From: the human T2T-CHM13v2.0 reference genome, Homo sapiens
DNA length: 64,000 bases
NCBI RefSeq assembly: GCF_009914755.1
Contig: NC_060938.1
Strand: one strand, 5' to 3'
Shown here: positions 38,222-52,814 of the stretch, piece by piece
Numbering within the stretch: the first letter of the stretch is position 1
Layout: each line of letters starts with the position of its first letter
Notes under the pieces: model-generated
What the model saw: the letters and a program-made list of their open reading frames with translations, nothing else
Database searches by the model: none
Told to the model about the DNA's origin: nothing
Made by a program: the position numbers and the translations under genes

Positions 38222-40491
38222 TGATATGGTTTGGCTATGTCCTCATCCAAATCTCACTTTGAATTGTAAAAATCCCCATGTATCAAGGGTGGGACCAGGT
38301 AGGATAATTGAATCATGGGGATGGGTTCCTCCATGCTATTCTCATGATAGTGAGTAAGTTCTCACAAGATCTGGTCGTTTTATAAGGGGCTTCCGCCTTA
38401 GCTTAGCTCTCCTTCTTCTGTCTCTTGCTGCCATTTGAAGAAGGTTGTGTTTTCTTCCCCTTCTACAATGATTATAAGTTCCTGAGGCCTCCCCAGCCAT
38501 GTGGAACTATAAGTCAATTAAACCTCTTTCCTTTATAAATTACCCAGTCTTGGAAATTCTTTATAACAGAATGAAAACAGACTAATGCAGTAAATTGGTA
38601 CTAGTAGAGTGGGATGCTGCTATAAGGATACCTGAAAATGTGGAAACTACTTTAGAAATGGATAACAGGCAGGTTTGGAACAATGTGGAGGGCTCAGAAG
38701 ACAGGAAGATGTGGAAAAGTTTGCAACTTCCTGGAGAATTGTTGAATGACTTTGACCAAAATGCTGATAGTGATATGGACAATGAAGTCCAGGCTGAGGT
38801 GATCTCAAATGGAGAAGGGTAACTTCTTGGGAACTAGAGCAAAGGTCACTCTTGCTATGCTCTGACAAGGAGACTGGTGGCATTTTTCCCCTGTCCTAGA
38901 GATCTGTGGAATTTTGAACTTGAGAGAAACGATCTGAAATTGGAACCTATGTTTAAAAGAGAAGCAGAGCATGAAAGTTTGGACCATTTGTAGCTTGATG
39001 ATGCAATAAAAAAGAAAAACTCATTTTCTGGAGAGAAATGCAAGCCACCTGCAGAAATTTGCATAAGTAATGAGGAGCCAAATGTTAATCACAAAGGCCA
39101 TGGGAAAAATGTCTCCAGGGTATGTCAGAGATCTTCAAGGCATCCCCACTCATCACAGGCCCCGAGGCATAGGAGGGAAAAATGGTTTTCTGGGCCAGGC
39201 CCAGGGCCCCCCGGTCCATGCAGCCTCAAGACATGGTGCCGTGTATTCCAGCTGCTTCAGCTCCAGCTGTGGCTAAAAAGGGGATGAAGTACAGCTCAGG
39301 CCATTGCTTCAGAGGGTGCAAGCCCCAGACCTTGGTGGCTTAATGTGGGTTTGGCCTGCAGGTGCACAGAAGTCAAGAACTGAGGTTTAAGAACCTCTGC
39401 CTAAATTTCAGAAGATGTTCGAAAATGCCTGGATGTCCAAGCAGAGGTGTGGTGCAGAGGTGAAGCCCTCATAGAGGACTTCTGCTAGAGCAGTGACAAA
39501 GGGAAATGTGAGGTCACAGCATCCACCCAGAGTCCCCACTGGGGCACTGTCTAGTGGAGTTCAGAGAGCCATTTGTTCTGCAGACTCCAGAATGGTAGAT
39601 CCATCAACAGCTTGCACCATGTGCCTGGAAAAACCACAGACACTAAACATCAGCCATGAAAGCAGCCTGGACATGGGGGAATTATACCCTGCCAAGCCAT
39701 AGGGGCAGAGCAGCCCAAAGCCATGGGAGCCCAAAGCCATGGGAGCTCTGGCCTCAACGTGACCTGGATGTGAGACATGGAGTCAAAGGAGATTATTTTG
39801 AAGCTTTAAGATTTGACTGCCCTGCTGGATTCTGGACTTGCATGGGCCCTGTAGCCCCTTCGTTTTGGCCAGGTTCTCCCATTAGGAATGGGTATATTTA
39901 CCCAATGCCTGTACCCCCATTGTATCTAGGAAGTAACTAACTAACTTGCTTTTGATTTTTCAGGCTCATAGGTGGAAGGGACTTGTGTTGCCTCAGATGA
40001 GACTTTGGACTTGGACTTTTGGGTTAAGGCTGGAATAGGTTAAAACTTTGGGGAACTCTTAGAAGGGCATAATTATATTTTGAAATGTAAGAACATATGA
40101 TTTGGGAGGGGCCAGGATTGAAATTATATGGCTCTGTGTCCCCACCCCAATCTCACCTTGAATTGTAATAATCTCCATGTGTCAAGGGCAGGATCAGGTG
40201 AAGATAATTGAACCATGGGTGTAGTTTTCCCCAGGATATTCTCATGATAGAGAGTAAGTTCTCAGAAGATCTGATGGTTATATAAGGGGCTTCCCGTTTT
40301 TCTCTGCTCTCCTTCTTCTCTCTTTTGCTGCAATGTGAAGAAGGACATGTTTTCTTCCCTTTCTGCCATGATTGTAAGTTTCCTGAAGCTTCCCCAGCCA
40401 TGTAGAACTGTGAGTCAATTAAACCCCTTTCCTTTATAAATTACCTAGTCTCAGGAGGTTCTTTATAGCACTATGAAAATGGACTAATACA
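38222..40491 (+). mobile_element. full-length THE1C-type MaLR retrotransposon (LTR 38222-38589, internal region, LTR 40124-40491)
   Basis: Two direct LTRs TGATATGGTTTGGCT...ACTAAT(G/A)CA; internal ORF remnant ...IPENVETTLE...VEGSEDRKMW...DFDQNADSDMDNEVQAEV; polypurine tract GGGAGGGGCCAGG; TSD GTCAT/GTTAT. Confidence 0.93.
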
Positions 40492-41052
40492 GTTATAAAC
40501 TGAGAGAAAATATTTGTAACATATATAACTAACACAAGTGTTAAAAGAAAAATTTAGATGAGATAGAGAAAGAGGAAAAAAAAACAGGCAAAGGCACTAT
40601 TTCACAGAATACAAGACACAAGTGGCAAATAGGACTATAAAACTGTAAGATGTTCAGTCTTTATGAGGAAATGTTCAATCTTAGTAATCAGGGAAATGTA
40701 AATTAGGACCACAGTATGATACTCTTTTATAATTGTTCAACTAGCCTTGGCAAATATTAAATTTGACAAGATGAGAGTTGGAGAAATTGTGAATCAAAGG
40801 CCCTTTTCACAAAGCAGGTAGAAGGGCAATTCAATACAGGCATTTTGGAAAAGTATTTGACATTTTTTAAGCAAAGATCTATGATTACATGCCTTACAAG
40901 CTAGCAATTCCACTCAGAAAAAGTTTTGCAAGGTGCATATCAGGAGAATATTTCAGAAAGTTCACCAGAATTATACAAAATATGGGAAAAAAAAGCACCC
41001 CACAGGAACACATTGCCAATGCAATGAATAAACAAACTGTGATATTTCAAAC

Positions 41053-41265
41053 CAGTAGTACCCAACCTCTGGTGACTTTTGCTCCCAAGAGGACATTTGG
41101 AAATGTTTAGGGACATTTTTTGGTTGTCACAACTGGAGGGATGCTGCTGGCATCTTGTGGGTAGAGGCCAGAAGTACTGCTAAATATCCTATAATGAACA
41201 AGGACACTCAGCAAAGAATTATCAGCCCCAAATCTCAATTATTCTATCAAGGTTGAGAAACTCTG
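41053..41265 (+). mobile_element. MER20 hAT-Charlie MITE
   Basis: GGACATTTGGAAATG...TTGGTTGTCACAACTGG...GGTAGAGGCCAG...AAGGTTGAGAAACTCTG. Confidence 0.85.
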
Positions 41266-41647
41266 TGTTAAAAGAATGAAATATCTAGAAAAGAAATTAA
41301 TGGATACAACTATATGTCATAATATGGATGAATTGTAACAGTTTGGTGTAAAGTGACAGTAATATGGTCCCAAAGATTATTTACAGCATCTTACCTTTAA
41401 TGATAAAGTTAAAAACACCTAAAACTAAATAATATATGTATATATATTGGCAAAATGTTTATGCCAAAGCTATATTAAGTAAAATCACAGGAATTATGAA
41501 AACAATAAAAAGATACATCACTTGGAAAAGCAGAGATAGATATGAGATGAGAGACAGGTTGATATAATCTATTGTGACTATTCTAGCTCTCATTTTTGAT
41601 GGTAGGCTCACAGGTGTGTGTGAGTATGGGTATGCGTGTGGGTATGG

Positions 41648-41649
<2 letters not shown>

Positions 41650-41682
<33 letters not shown>

Positions 41683-41716
41683 AGAGAGAAAGAGAGAAAG
41701 GGAGAGACAGAGAGAC
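41650..41716. repeat. (TG)n then (GA)n microsatellite
   Basis: Direct inspection. Confidence 0.9.
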
Positions 41717-42185
41717 AAAAAAATGAACCATTTGTGGGCCAGTTATGAAAGTGAATTATGAACCAAAGATTATGACGAAGTATAATTTTAATTTTGGTAT
41801 TTCATTAATTAACTGCCATTTTCACAATAAATTTATACATTTATTCACCATCTTTGTTATCTTTGCTTACCATCAAAACACAAAAATCTTAACATCAAGA
41901 GTACTTTGCTACTTCAGAAACAAAATAAACATTAGTGAGATTTTAGATTCTTTCAGCCTCAAATGCTGTATCAATTAGCTTTTCTGATAATTGTCCACTG
42001 TACTTTATTGTATGTAAGTTATTTTTGGAAGCAAACATACCAGCTAGTAAGCAGACTAGCCATATATAGAGATTTGTCTAGCATGTTTCCCTTTAATAAT
42101 ATATTTTTAAAACAGTATAATTTATATATACAAATTATATATAATTTATAGTTTAAAACAGTATATAAAAATACACATTTTTAAT

Positions 42186-42496
<311 letters not shown>

Positions 42497-43035
42497 TTTT
42501 ATATATATAATTTATATATATTTATATATAATTTATAATTATAAAATTTATATATAATTTATATATAATATATATATAATTTATAATTATAAAATTTATA
42601 TATAAATTATATAATATATATAAATTATATATATAAGTTGTTTTTAAGATGAAAATATTAAAATTAGAATGACATTTTGGTTTTCCACTGAGCTAAACTG
42701 ATACTGTATCAGATAAGTTTGCTCACCAGAATTGATAATGAAAGATCTCTGCCGAAAGGGTAGTCAAGCAATTCACAAAATAAACATACCCTCCTTGGAG
42801 TGAATGGATCTAGGAGCACCAAAGTTAGGATGCATAAAATAGATTGTTTGAATACAGCTCAGAAGAGAGGCCTGTTGGCCATTGAGAACAATCTTGGTAG
42901 AATTCAACATCCAATTTTATTTACTTAATGACACCCAAAGTATTAGTATATATTTAATCTTTTCCTATAACTAGAAGCGATAAAGTTCTCAAAATGAGAC
43001 TAGAAGTGTGTTGTTTTCCCTGACTTTACTAAATT

Positions 43036-43067
<32 letters not shown>

Positions 43068-44859
43068 GCTTGTCTTGCAGAGGAAGTGAGGTGTAGGGTA
43101 TGGCAAAAGTTAGGAATAGTTACAAAATACTAAAACTACACAGATGAGAAATGCCAGCTAAATTCGTGTGTGTTCCAGATGCAGGAAAAAAAAAAAAACA
43201 AAGGTACAAACAATGTCAGGATTGAGACAGAGATGGTCTTCTTCTTAGAAAAGAGTGAGAAGTCTCTGATGTTGAAATACACTCAGAGGCAACCTCTTCC
43301 AATTCTATTTCATCAAGGAGGTGGAATGAGTGGGCTGCCTACATTATTGCATTTGACTAGTTTCACTGAATGACTGTAGTAACAGAACTAGGATCAGAGA
43401 ATAATGCTACCTACTCCTTCCACATTTGAGTCAACAACTAAAATATCTCAGAAGTTGTTGCCTTGAGACACCAAACTTGCTATTTTCTTTATAAGCATAT
43501 GTACAACAAACCTATTTTTCTTAATATTTATAGATCATGATTTTTCTTTCTTTTGAAAGGTAAAACATGGTCTTAATCAAAGTTTACATATAAATTGTTC
43601 AAAACACACTTTAGTGGAAAATAATTACTCCCAGTGAAGCAATTTTTCACAGTGACTTGGAGAAACATAAGCAATTTTTTAATTATCCTGGACATGAAGT
43701 CATGTCTTCATAAAATTTATTTATAATTGAAATAGCAGTCTATCACTTAATCCATTTATTTTATTCTGAGATTCCCCCCACAAACAATGGAAAAGGCAAC
43801 ATATAACTGAGTTTTATTTGAGCTCCACTTTTATTATGGTACACAGAAGAAAACTATTAATTCAAAATTGGAGTGAGAGAGGCATTAAGGGCACCTATAT
43901 GCTGATACCATAAACACAAGGATTCTTATATTTGTGAATTATTATGGTCATGCTGCCAAAGGCATGTGTCCTTAATATGGTAAGCCTAGGTTCTGAGTCA
44001 CAGGAAGGAAGGTTTCAGCTCTGATAGGGAACTTTCAAGATGTCGATCCAAGGAAGAATTAATTCACATATTTTCTCAAATTGTTGTAGAGGAAAATCAA
44101 GTTGTTAAAGAAAAATTCTGAGGCTCTCTTCCTTGACTCCCACCTACAGTTTAATTTTCTTTATCATGAGAACCAGATGGGATTTAGAGACTACCGTCTG
44201 CAAGGGTCTATTAAGCGAAGCACAACATCATCAAGCTCTTACCTAAATAAGATGTGTATCTACTTATGCAATATCTGTAAACTTTCTATTAAATGGCCTT
44301 CTCCGGTTAGAGCTCTAATTTTGAATTTTGTTGTTGCATTTGCTGTTGCCATAAGTCAAGAAGGATTCATGTTCCTCCATGTGCTCAATCAGGTAACAGA
44401 GTTTTGACTAGATGTGCCCGTGGGTCTAGACATTCTTCCCTGTAGAAGGAAATTCGTAGAGCAGAGAAGTCTCCACACAAATACAAAATGACAGTCCCCA
44501 CAAGTTTGGTCCAGGCTTCTGGCAAAATCTTTAATGTTCTTCTTATCCAGATCCAGATCATCTCTTGATTTCATTATTGCTTAAAATATTTTTAAAAACC
44601 TGTCCTTGGCGAAGGGCTGTAGGCCTTAAATTGGTGAGGAAATAGCACACATCCCCAGTATGGGCTAGGCCAACCCATAAATGAGATGCTTTTACTCTAA
44701 GAAAAAAACATGTTATTAACTATACAAAGACAAAAGTTATTAACCTTTTCACATATCAAAGAGAGATACTTAGTCACTTTGAATCTTTCAGATTATGGAA
44801 GTCCGTAAGTCCTTTAATTTCTGAACCTTCTAAACTAATTTTATCATTTTGTTATAAAT

Positions 44860-45450
44860 TGTATTACTTTCCTATTGCTGTGATTATCACAAATTTAGCT
44901 CAAAACAACATGCATTTATTCTTTTACAGTCCTGGAGGTGAAAAGTCTAAAATGGGTCCGGAGGGTTGTGTTGCTTTTGGAGGCTCTGGGAGGGAACTTT
45001 TCTCTTTTCCATTTTGGCTTCTAGAGGATGCCTACATTTCTTAGCTCCTAACTCCCTCTTCTCTATGTTCACAGCCAGCTGCATAGAATTTTACCTGCTT
45101 TCTAGTGTCTGCTTCAGTTTTCTTTTATTCTCTGTTTTGTTTTTGTTTTTGTTTTGAGACAGTTTCTCGTGCTGTTGGCTAGGCTTCAGTGCAGTGGTGC
45201 GATCGCGGCTCACTGCAGCCTTGATCTCTCTGGCTCAATCTGCTTCCATCTTCTATCTAGGAGTTTCTTTATTATAAGAGCCCTTGTGAATACATTGGGC
45301 ATACTCAGATAATCTAGGATAATCTCCCCATCTCAAGACACTTAATCACATGTGCAAAGTCCCTTTTACTGTGTGTAAAGTACATATTTACAGGTTCTAG
45401 GGATTAAGAGGTAGATATCTTTGGGAAGGGGCATTATTCTGCTTACCACA
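44860..45450 (-). mobile_element. MLT1C-type LTR with a nested 5'-truncated AluJ fragment (~45118-45238, minus; TSD TCTGCTTC)
   Basis: TGTATTACTTTCCTATTGCTG...GATAATCTCCCCATCTCAAGA...CATTATTCTGCTTACCACA. Confidence 0.8.
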
Positions 45451-46410
45451 TAACCATATTAGAAAGCTATTCTTTTCAAAACTCATCTTTAAGCAATGCA
45501 AAATAAAAGCAGCTAACAACATTGTTAGATTACATGTGGTCAAGATGTTTTTACAGATGTAAAGTGTGGCCTCAATGAAACTGAATTGTATTTCTGAGTG
45601 AGAAAATAAAATATCAGTGACTCTAAATACAGTAGCCTGGAAAACTCTTTAGGGGAATATAAGTAATCCACTTGGGGAGGGTACACGACATGAAGGAAAA
45701 TGTTTCTAAAAAGAAGGAGCTAGATTTAAGTTGCTAAGCGCAAAGCATTGTAGGAAAACTTGGAAAATGACAATTTCATGGTGAGGCCACCATATCACAA
45801 TTGCCTTTAGGTGCTGTTCAGCTACTTATCTGTGAAACGGTGACGGGGGAAGGGAGAAAACAGACTTGAAAATAGCACAAAATAAGAGAATAAATAAATA
45901 AAGCTTAGAAAAAATTCGTAAAGCCGTAAAGTCATGCCTGTTACTATGAGCCCCTTTAGCATTTTATGTAACTGTTCCCTTCCTTCTTAGTTATCCAGGA
46001 TTTTGCAGAAAATGTTTATATTAATGTTTTGATTTAACCCATGACAGACACATGGACAGATACTGCAATAATGCAATGCCATATAAAGGAAATTTGTGCC
46101 TAATGCTTATATTGCGCTTTTAATTTATTTCCCCTTGAAACCTTTTTACAAGATGTGTCCATTTACTGCCCCTGGCTATTAAGCAGATATGGATATTACA
46201 CATCAGTAAGAAAAGAAACATTATGGTAACATCTCACATATGTTTTTTGTGTATATAGGGTAGAATGTGTTCCCCTGGTAGTTACCGGTTTCCTAAAACC
46301 AGCTGCTCTGAGTATAAAAGCCACAATAACTATTCGTGGTTTAGTAGTTCCAAGCAATTTGTAGGATGTTTTATATCTTGACAGTGGTCTAGAATCAGAG
46401 AATAAAGTAG

Positions 46411-46925
46411 TGTATTAGCTGTCTATGTTGCATAACTAATTACCAAGGACTTGGAACCTTAAAAAAAAAAACACTCATTTATTTTCTCACAGCTTCTGTG
46501 GGTCAGGAGCCCTGACACAGGTTGGATGGGTTCTCTGTTGAGGATATCACAGGGCAATCCAGGTGGCAGCCAGGACTGGGTCCTCCTCAGGATCTCAAGT
46601 CAGTGAGGTTATAGATTGCCCTTGAATTGCTTGCAGAATTCATTTCTTTGTGTCTGTGGAATTCATGGCAGTTTTTGTTGTTGTTGTTGTTGTTTTTTCA
46701 TCTGTGAAGGAGAGAAAGAAAGAGAGAGACTGGGGCAAGTCTGCTGTCAAGACAGAGTCATGTGTAATGGAATGAAATCCCTGGAGTGCCATCCTATAGC
46801 TTGTGACATGTTCAGTTGGTGGGCAACAGGTCACCAGGCCTACCCACACTCAAGAGGAGGTAGAAAGTGGGTGCAGACATACCAGGAGCTGGGATAATAT
46901 GGCCACTTAAAGTCTGACCTTCACA
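46411..46925 (-). mobile_element. MLT1 (E/F-like) MaLR LTR
   Basis: TGTATTAGCTGTCTATGTTGCATAAC...CTGTGGGTCAGGAG...CCACACTCAAGAGGAGG. Confidence 0.7.
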
Positions 46926-47027
46926 GGGAGAAAAATTCAGACAGAATGAAAAACAAGATCCTAGTAGCATGGCTCATTTATCCAATTGGAGACCTCATAT
47001 AATTTGTATAATATGTAAAAAACATTG

Positions 47028-47335
47028 TTAAAAATGCAAATTATGATTGCGTGTTGTGGTTAGTCTATACCGGAACTAAACCTTCCCTAAGGCTACACTT
47101 ATATATTAAGAGGTATAGATATACACCTAGAAGGAAGAATTCCAGCAATGATGAGAAGGCCCAGCTATTCTTAAAAAAATCATTAAAAGTGCATATTATG
47201 ATTGCATATTGTGATTAGTCTACACCAGAACTAAACCTTTCCTAAGGCTACCCTTACATATTAGGAAGTATATGTATGCTCCTAGAAGGAAGGATTCCAG
47301 GAATGATGAGAAGGCCCCAGGTATTCTTCAAATGA
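47028..47335. repeat. two-copy tandem duplication, ~155-bp unit, ~85% identical
   Basis: TTATGATTGC...GAACTAAACCTT.CCTAAGGCTAC...CCTAGAAGGAAG.ATTCCAG.AATGATGAGAAGGCCC occurs at 47028 and 47183. Confidence 0.9.
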
Positions 47336-48410
47336 TGTCTCTTGGGTAGATTCTGATGATCTAACTATAATAAATTAATTCATTTTGAAAGGTTTTGACT
47401 TGGTCTAACACACTTCCAGAGAGTAGTATGATCTTCAGCTGCTCTTATTCTTTTATACGTTGATATGAATGGTGGATTTGATTAACAAGTTCCAGTTAAT
47501 CTGGACTGAACCAGCAAGACAGCCTGAGGCATAAGAAAGAGTAAAGGGGAAAAATAAGGAGTTTCAAAATGTCATGATGTTGTTCAGCTTTTTTTTGTCT
47601 TCGTATAGAAGATTATGATGCATATGGGTAGTTACTTCTGATTATCTCTAGGCAAAATTCCAGGCCACATAAAATATGATTATATATTAATTTGCACAAC
47701 AAATGAGTTTAGTGGTGGGATGGGGAGTGTAGTAAAAAAACAAGCATATTAAACATAACATCTGATTTAAGTACCATGAGGTAATTCCTATCACTTCTAG
47801 CGTCCTTAATGTGGACAATGGGATCAAAATGGCAAAGTGTCTAAATCCTAATGAGGAAATCAGGAAAGGCCTCAGAAGGTGAGGACATGAAGAATGGTCC
47901 AGCTGTTCATTCAGACGAATATAAACAAAATGAACCAATAGTAAGTTTACACTTACTCTTTCCTAACTTTGTACTTACAAGTCTGTTCTTCTGGACTGGG
48001 AAATAGCTCTTTATACTGAGCACTCGAGGTACTTTGTATGAAAAGCTCATAGTGTCAGGTTGAGACGAAACTTTGCAGTGGAGCAAGCAATGGAAACCTT
48101 TGCAGAGCTAGGAATCTGGAATGAATGGAATCTTACAACTAGAATTCCACTGTGCTGCTCCATTCATCAAGTTCTTAAATACTTCAGGCAAGGTCAGGGA
48201 AGCATGTATAATATTTTTGGCCAGTTAACATAACCTGAACATCATTTCTTTCAACTGTATAAAATTATTTCTGCTAATTATCATGTCCTCTGGGATTAGT
48301 CTTAAGACTGATAGTTGAACAACTGCTAGTAGCCACCTCTGGGATTTGGTCTCCAGATAATATAATAGTTATAAAGGCATTGGAGCTATTCGTTTAAGGT
48401 TTTGCTTTAA

Positions 48411-48720
<310 letters not shown>

Positions 48721-50259
48721 AGGTTTTGCATTATTTATCAGAAAAAATAAAACACCTGATTTTCACAATTTTGTAAAAAACTTTTATTATTTAATATAAC
48801 GATATATATTTTTAATAGAAAGTAACATTTGAAATGGTAGTTTCCATCACTATAAAAGGTTATTTTTCACAGTGTGATTCAGCAGAAACAGGGTTGATGA
48901 TATTGAAACAATTGTCTCAACAAATTAAAGTAAGTTATACATTTTATCAAGGGTTAATTGGCTTATTCATCATGAGAAAATAAAGAAACAACATAAATGC
49001 ATACACACATGCATACATTTAACTAAAATGTTATGCACACTATCCTTTCAAAGCATTAGTTTTGGTTTAACCACTCACATTGTATTTTCACTAACCTGAA
49101 CTTTTAAATTTCTGAAAAAAGTATATCAGCCTTTGATGTAGGCGGCCAGACAAGACACAGCCCTCATATTGGCTGGTGATTGTTTGGTGAATTGAGAAAT
49201 TTTATTTACTTATTTGATTAGATAAGCTAAAACTATCAAAATTGGGAAAAGTAGTCATGTTTCAACTGTTAAAAATTTACCTATAGCATTTTACTATTGA
49301 ATAGTGAATTTGTTTACCTTAATTGTGGCCATAAAAATGTTTTAGGAAAACCTCAAAGGCAGAGAAGAGGAATTATTTTATTTCCTGCTTCATTTTCTTT
49401 ATCCCATTCCTTGCCTACTACAATTACCATTACTGACATAGTTCTGTTTGGAATTTAGCCATGTAGGGAGCAATAAATCTGTGATTGGAACAGAATCTTT
49501 GGAAGAAAACATGAGCAATATTTGTAAATATATTAGGACAGTCATAAAGTGAACACCATCTTAAAATACTTAGGAAATGACCCAGGTGTATTACTAAAGG
49601 GGAACAAGAGAACAAGAATGAAACTTGGATAAGCAGAGAACCTGATAAATCAGATAAGATTGCTCTGTGCTTTTATCCCTGGAGCCATATGTTCTTTCCA
49701 AAGAAAAACAATGTGTGACAATTTAGCATTATTTTACACAGCTCAAAGAGGGCCTGAGAATTCCCTGTAACAGCTAAATAAAAGCATTTACGAAATTAAT
49801 GTTGATACATTTGGGTTTTATTTTCAAGTTTTGTTCAATTTTATTTAAAAACAAATTTATTTTAAATTTTTTTCAAGAAATATTCTGATATTGAGGATCA
49901 GAGGTAAGAAATATTAAAACGTTTTATCTATCAGAAACAAATTATTTTAGTGTTTTTTGAAATAACCTCTTTCAGTAAACTGCAAGGACCTTGAGGACAA
50001 AAAGAAGAGTAAATTTTGTTTTTACAGTGTGCTATATCTCTCTGCCTTATCTGCTCAGTAATTATATTATACATATATAATTATGATATTATATAGTATA
50101 TAATTATATAGTATATATAATTATGATATATATACTATATAATTATTTGTATTATATATTTCACATAAATCTCATGAACATGTTTAAGAATATTCGTAAC
50201 ACCTCTTTCACCATCATCTGTCACATGCTAAGCAACTCAAGTCATCAGATCCAATTGTT

Positions 50260-50460
50260 AATTATCCACGTTCATCACTAATATTTGTTTTTTCTTCTTC
50301 TAGGTACAGGATAGAATTAGATTTTTTTCACTCACTTCAAGTTAAACTTGGTCATGGTCCTTGCTTTGGGTAATGATATGAGAGCAAAAATAGCACGTGG
50401 TACTTATGGACAGAAATGACTGAACAAGCATGTGATTCTCCATGTGCTCTTTCCCCGACT
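50260..50460 (+). mobile_element. MLT1J-like LTR, first half (other half at 51200-51398, opposite orientation)
   Basis: Reverse complement GGGAAAGAGCACATGGAGAATCACA...CCAAAGCAAG..CATG.CCA...TAACTT.AAG resembles MLT1J. Confidence 0.7.
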
Positions 50461-50482
50461 ATTTTCATGTGCTCTTTCCCCG

Positions 50483-50683
<201 letters not shown>

Positions 50684-50689
50684 TTAAAA

Positions 50690-50950
50690 GATTGCAAACC
50701 AATGCCTTCTCTCCCTACCTCCTCGATCCTTTCATCCTGCCTCACATTTTTTACCATAGCACATATTATCTTTAATAATATTGTTTACTCACCCATTTGT
50801 TCTTGGAAACCTGCCTCCCTTAGGTAGAGGCAGGCCCATGAAATCATGGATCTTTTGTTCACTGAGGTATTCCAAGTATTTTGAATAGAGTCTGGTAAAT
50901 GATAGACGTTGGAAAATTACTTATTGAGTGAATGAATAAAGAATGAATAA
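50690..50950 (+). mobile_element. L2 3' end (inside the inverted segment)
   Basis: TTTTGTTCACTG...GTCTGG..AT.ATAGAC.TT...TTATTGAGTGAATGAATAAA. Confidence 0.65.
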
Positions 50951-51199
50951 ATATATCAAACTACTAGTCACATATAGTAAGATCACCAGAAACATTGTTG
51001 ACTATTGGTATTGGTAAACACTTCTAGATATTAACCCTCAAAATTGTCTTTATGCCCTTTGCTTTAACCTTAATAGCTTTTAGAAAATAATAGTAGATTG
51101 AAAATGGATAATCAAGTAATGCCTATTGAATCTAACAAAATTAAGTTCATATATTTGTAAACCTGGTTAGTTAGGTATTTTTTGCATGTCCTAATCATT

Positions 51200-51398
51200 G
51201 GACTATTGGTCAGGATGATTTATGGGGTGCTGCAGTAACAAAGCCAACATTTCAGAGGTTTAAAGTGAAAAGGGCATAATAATTATCAATTTTGTTACAA
51301 ATTGATCTCAGATTGGCAGGGGCTCTGATCAATGTCTTATCTACCCAAGGACGAGCTAACAAAGCCTCTGCCATCTTAAACGTCATTGATTGTTACAG
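51200..51398 (-). mobile_element. MLT1J-like LTR, second half
   Basis: GGTCAGGATG...TGCTGCAGTAACAAA...TTGGCAGGGGCTCTG...CCATCTTAAACGT. Confidence 0.65.
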
Positions 51399-51602
51399 TT
51401 CACGCCATTCTCCTGCCTCAGCCTCCCGAGTAGCTGGGACTACAGGCGCCCGCCACCACACCAGGCTAATTTTTTTGTATTTTTAGTGGAGACGGGGTTT
51501 CACCATGTCAGCCAGGATGGTCTCGATCTCCTGACCTCGTGATCCGCCCGTCTCGGCCTCCCAAAGTGCTGGGATTACAGGCGTGAGCCATCGCGCCCGG
51601 CC
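51398..51602 (-). mobile_element. AluY 5' part (no tail)
   Basis: GTTCACGCCATTCTCCTGCC...AGCCAGGATGGTCTCGATCTCCTGACCTCGTGATCC...GCGCCCGGCC. Confidence 0.95.
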
Positions 51603-51970
51603 ACACTCATGTAGGCTTCTAGAGGGAGTAGGATGAAGGAGCTATTTGTAGAAATGTAAGCAATGTTAAGGAATGTTAGAGCACTTGGTGTCTAGCGACA
51701 GCAGAAAACTGGCACTATCCTAAGACCTGAAGGTAAAAGGTCAAAATATTGTTAACTCGAGCCTTGGGAGGGCTGGAGCCATGTAAAAAGAGTCAAGCTG
51801 CAGAATTGTAGTTAGAGAAATACACTATCAAAACTACAGGTAGAAAAGCAAGGGAGAGACGGGAAGAAATGCCCCAACATCTCTCTCCTGATCCCCAAGC
51901 CATAAAACAAGCAGTAAAGGGCAAAGGACATATCCGAGAGCTAGAAGTGATAGAAAATAACTAGCATTGT
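51603..51970. mobile_element. old ERVL-type LTR (LTR33-like)
   Basis: ACACTCA...GATGAAGGAGCTATTTGTAGAAATGT..GCA.TGTTAAGGAA...AGACCTGAAGG. Confidence 0.5.
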
Positions 51971-52260
51971 GGGCTTTATGGAGAAGGTGACATTTGAGGA
52001 AGGTTCGAATGAAGTGAAATAATAAACCATGTTTATATCTGGGGGACAGAGTATTCTAGGAAGTGGAATTAGTCAATGTAAAGATCCTAAAGGGGAAATA
52101 GTTTTGACAAGTTTGAGGAACAACAAAATGAGGATGAGAAAGAGAACATAAAGAGGAAGGAAATAAGAAGCAAGGTGAGAGAAGTAGCAGCAGTCCAAAT
52201 CATTTGTGGCCTGATTGGATTTTAGGATCCACCCCAATGAAATCAACAAAGAGTTTGCCT
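51970..52260 (-). mobile_element. L2 fragment
   Basis: GGAGAAGGTGACATTTGAG...ATCTGGGGGACAGAGTATTCTAGG...GTTTGAGGAACAAC. Confidence 0.7.
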
Positions 52261-52814
52261 GGCCCAGAAATGGGGAGAGACTGATCACAGTGTTGCAGAG
52301 TCTGGGAATGAAGGACTCTAAAACTTGATTGACTAATGTGCTGATGACTTGAAACAACATTTGATTAAAATACTAGAAACTCAACCGACATGTAAATGGC
52401 AACCGATAAATGACACTGTAAATTCCTACTGTCTGCCTCATGTCCCAGCACCACATTCTGTTATCAAACGTTTTACTTTTGGGTTTTTTTTTTTTTTTGG
52501 TTCATAACGTGGCTTTTTGTTCAAAGGTGTTGGTCCCTTGAAGTTAGTTTAAGTTCTGTCCTTTAGAGTGTCATTCTCATCATTGAGGTTGTGTTGATTG
52601 AGTGTGAATTCCTAATTGATTGATTTTTCCTAGTCATCTAGATCATCTATACCTAGTCGAACACTGAAGTTAACGTGACTAAAATAGTATTTAGTCCCTA
52701 AATTTATCTGTTTATTTATTTTTATTAAACACACATGTTGTATTCCATTGTACACAGGCAAGAGGAAAGCCGGAAGTACTGATTTTATCTGAAGGTGTGA
52801 TACTGCTTTCCCAA

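Larger units (their letters stand above)
33400..41630 (+). mobile_element. old, decayed L1 (L1M-type) body with nested MLT1C, (TA)n, THE1C and MER20
   Basis: A-rich plus strand with L1 ORF1/ORF2-like motifs: AATAGATGCAAAAATCC, AGAGAAATTAAAGAAGAC, GAGAAAATATTTG, TTAGTAATCAGGGAAATG, CTAGCAATTCCACTC; boundaries approximate. Confidence 0.7.

Noticed and set aside
38582-39940. Cluster of overlapping ORFs resembling an operon
   Set aside because: Decayed THE1 internal sequence with stops and frameshifts
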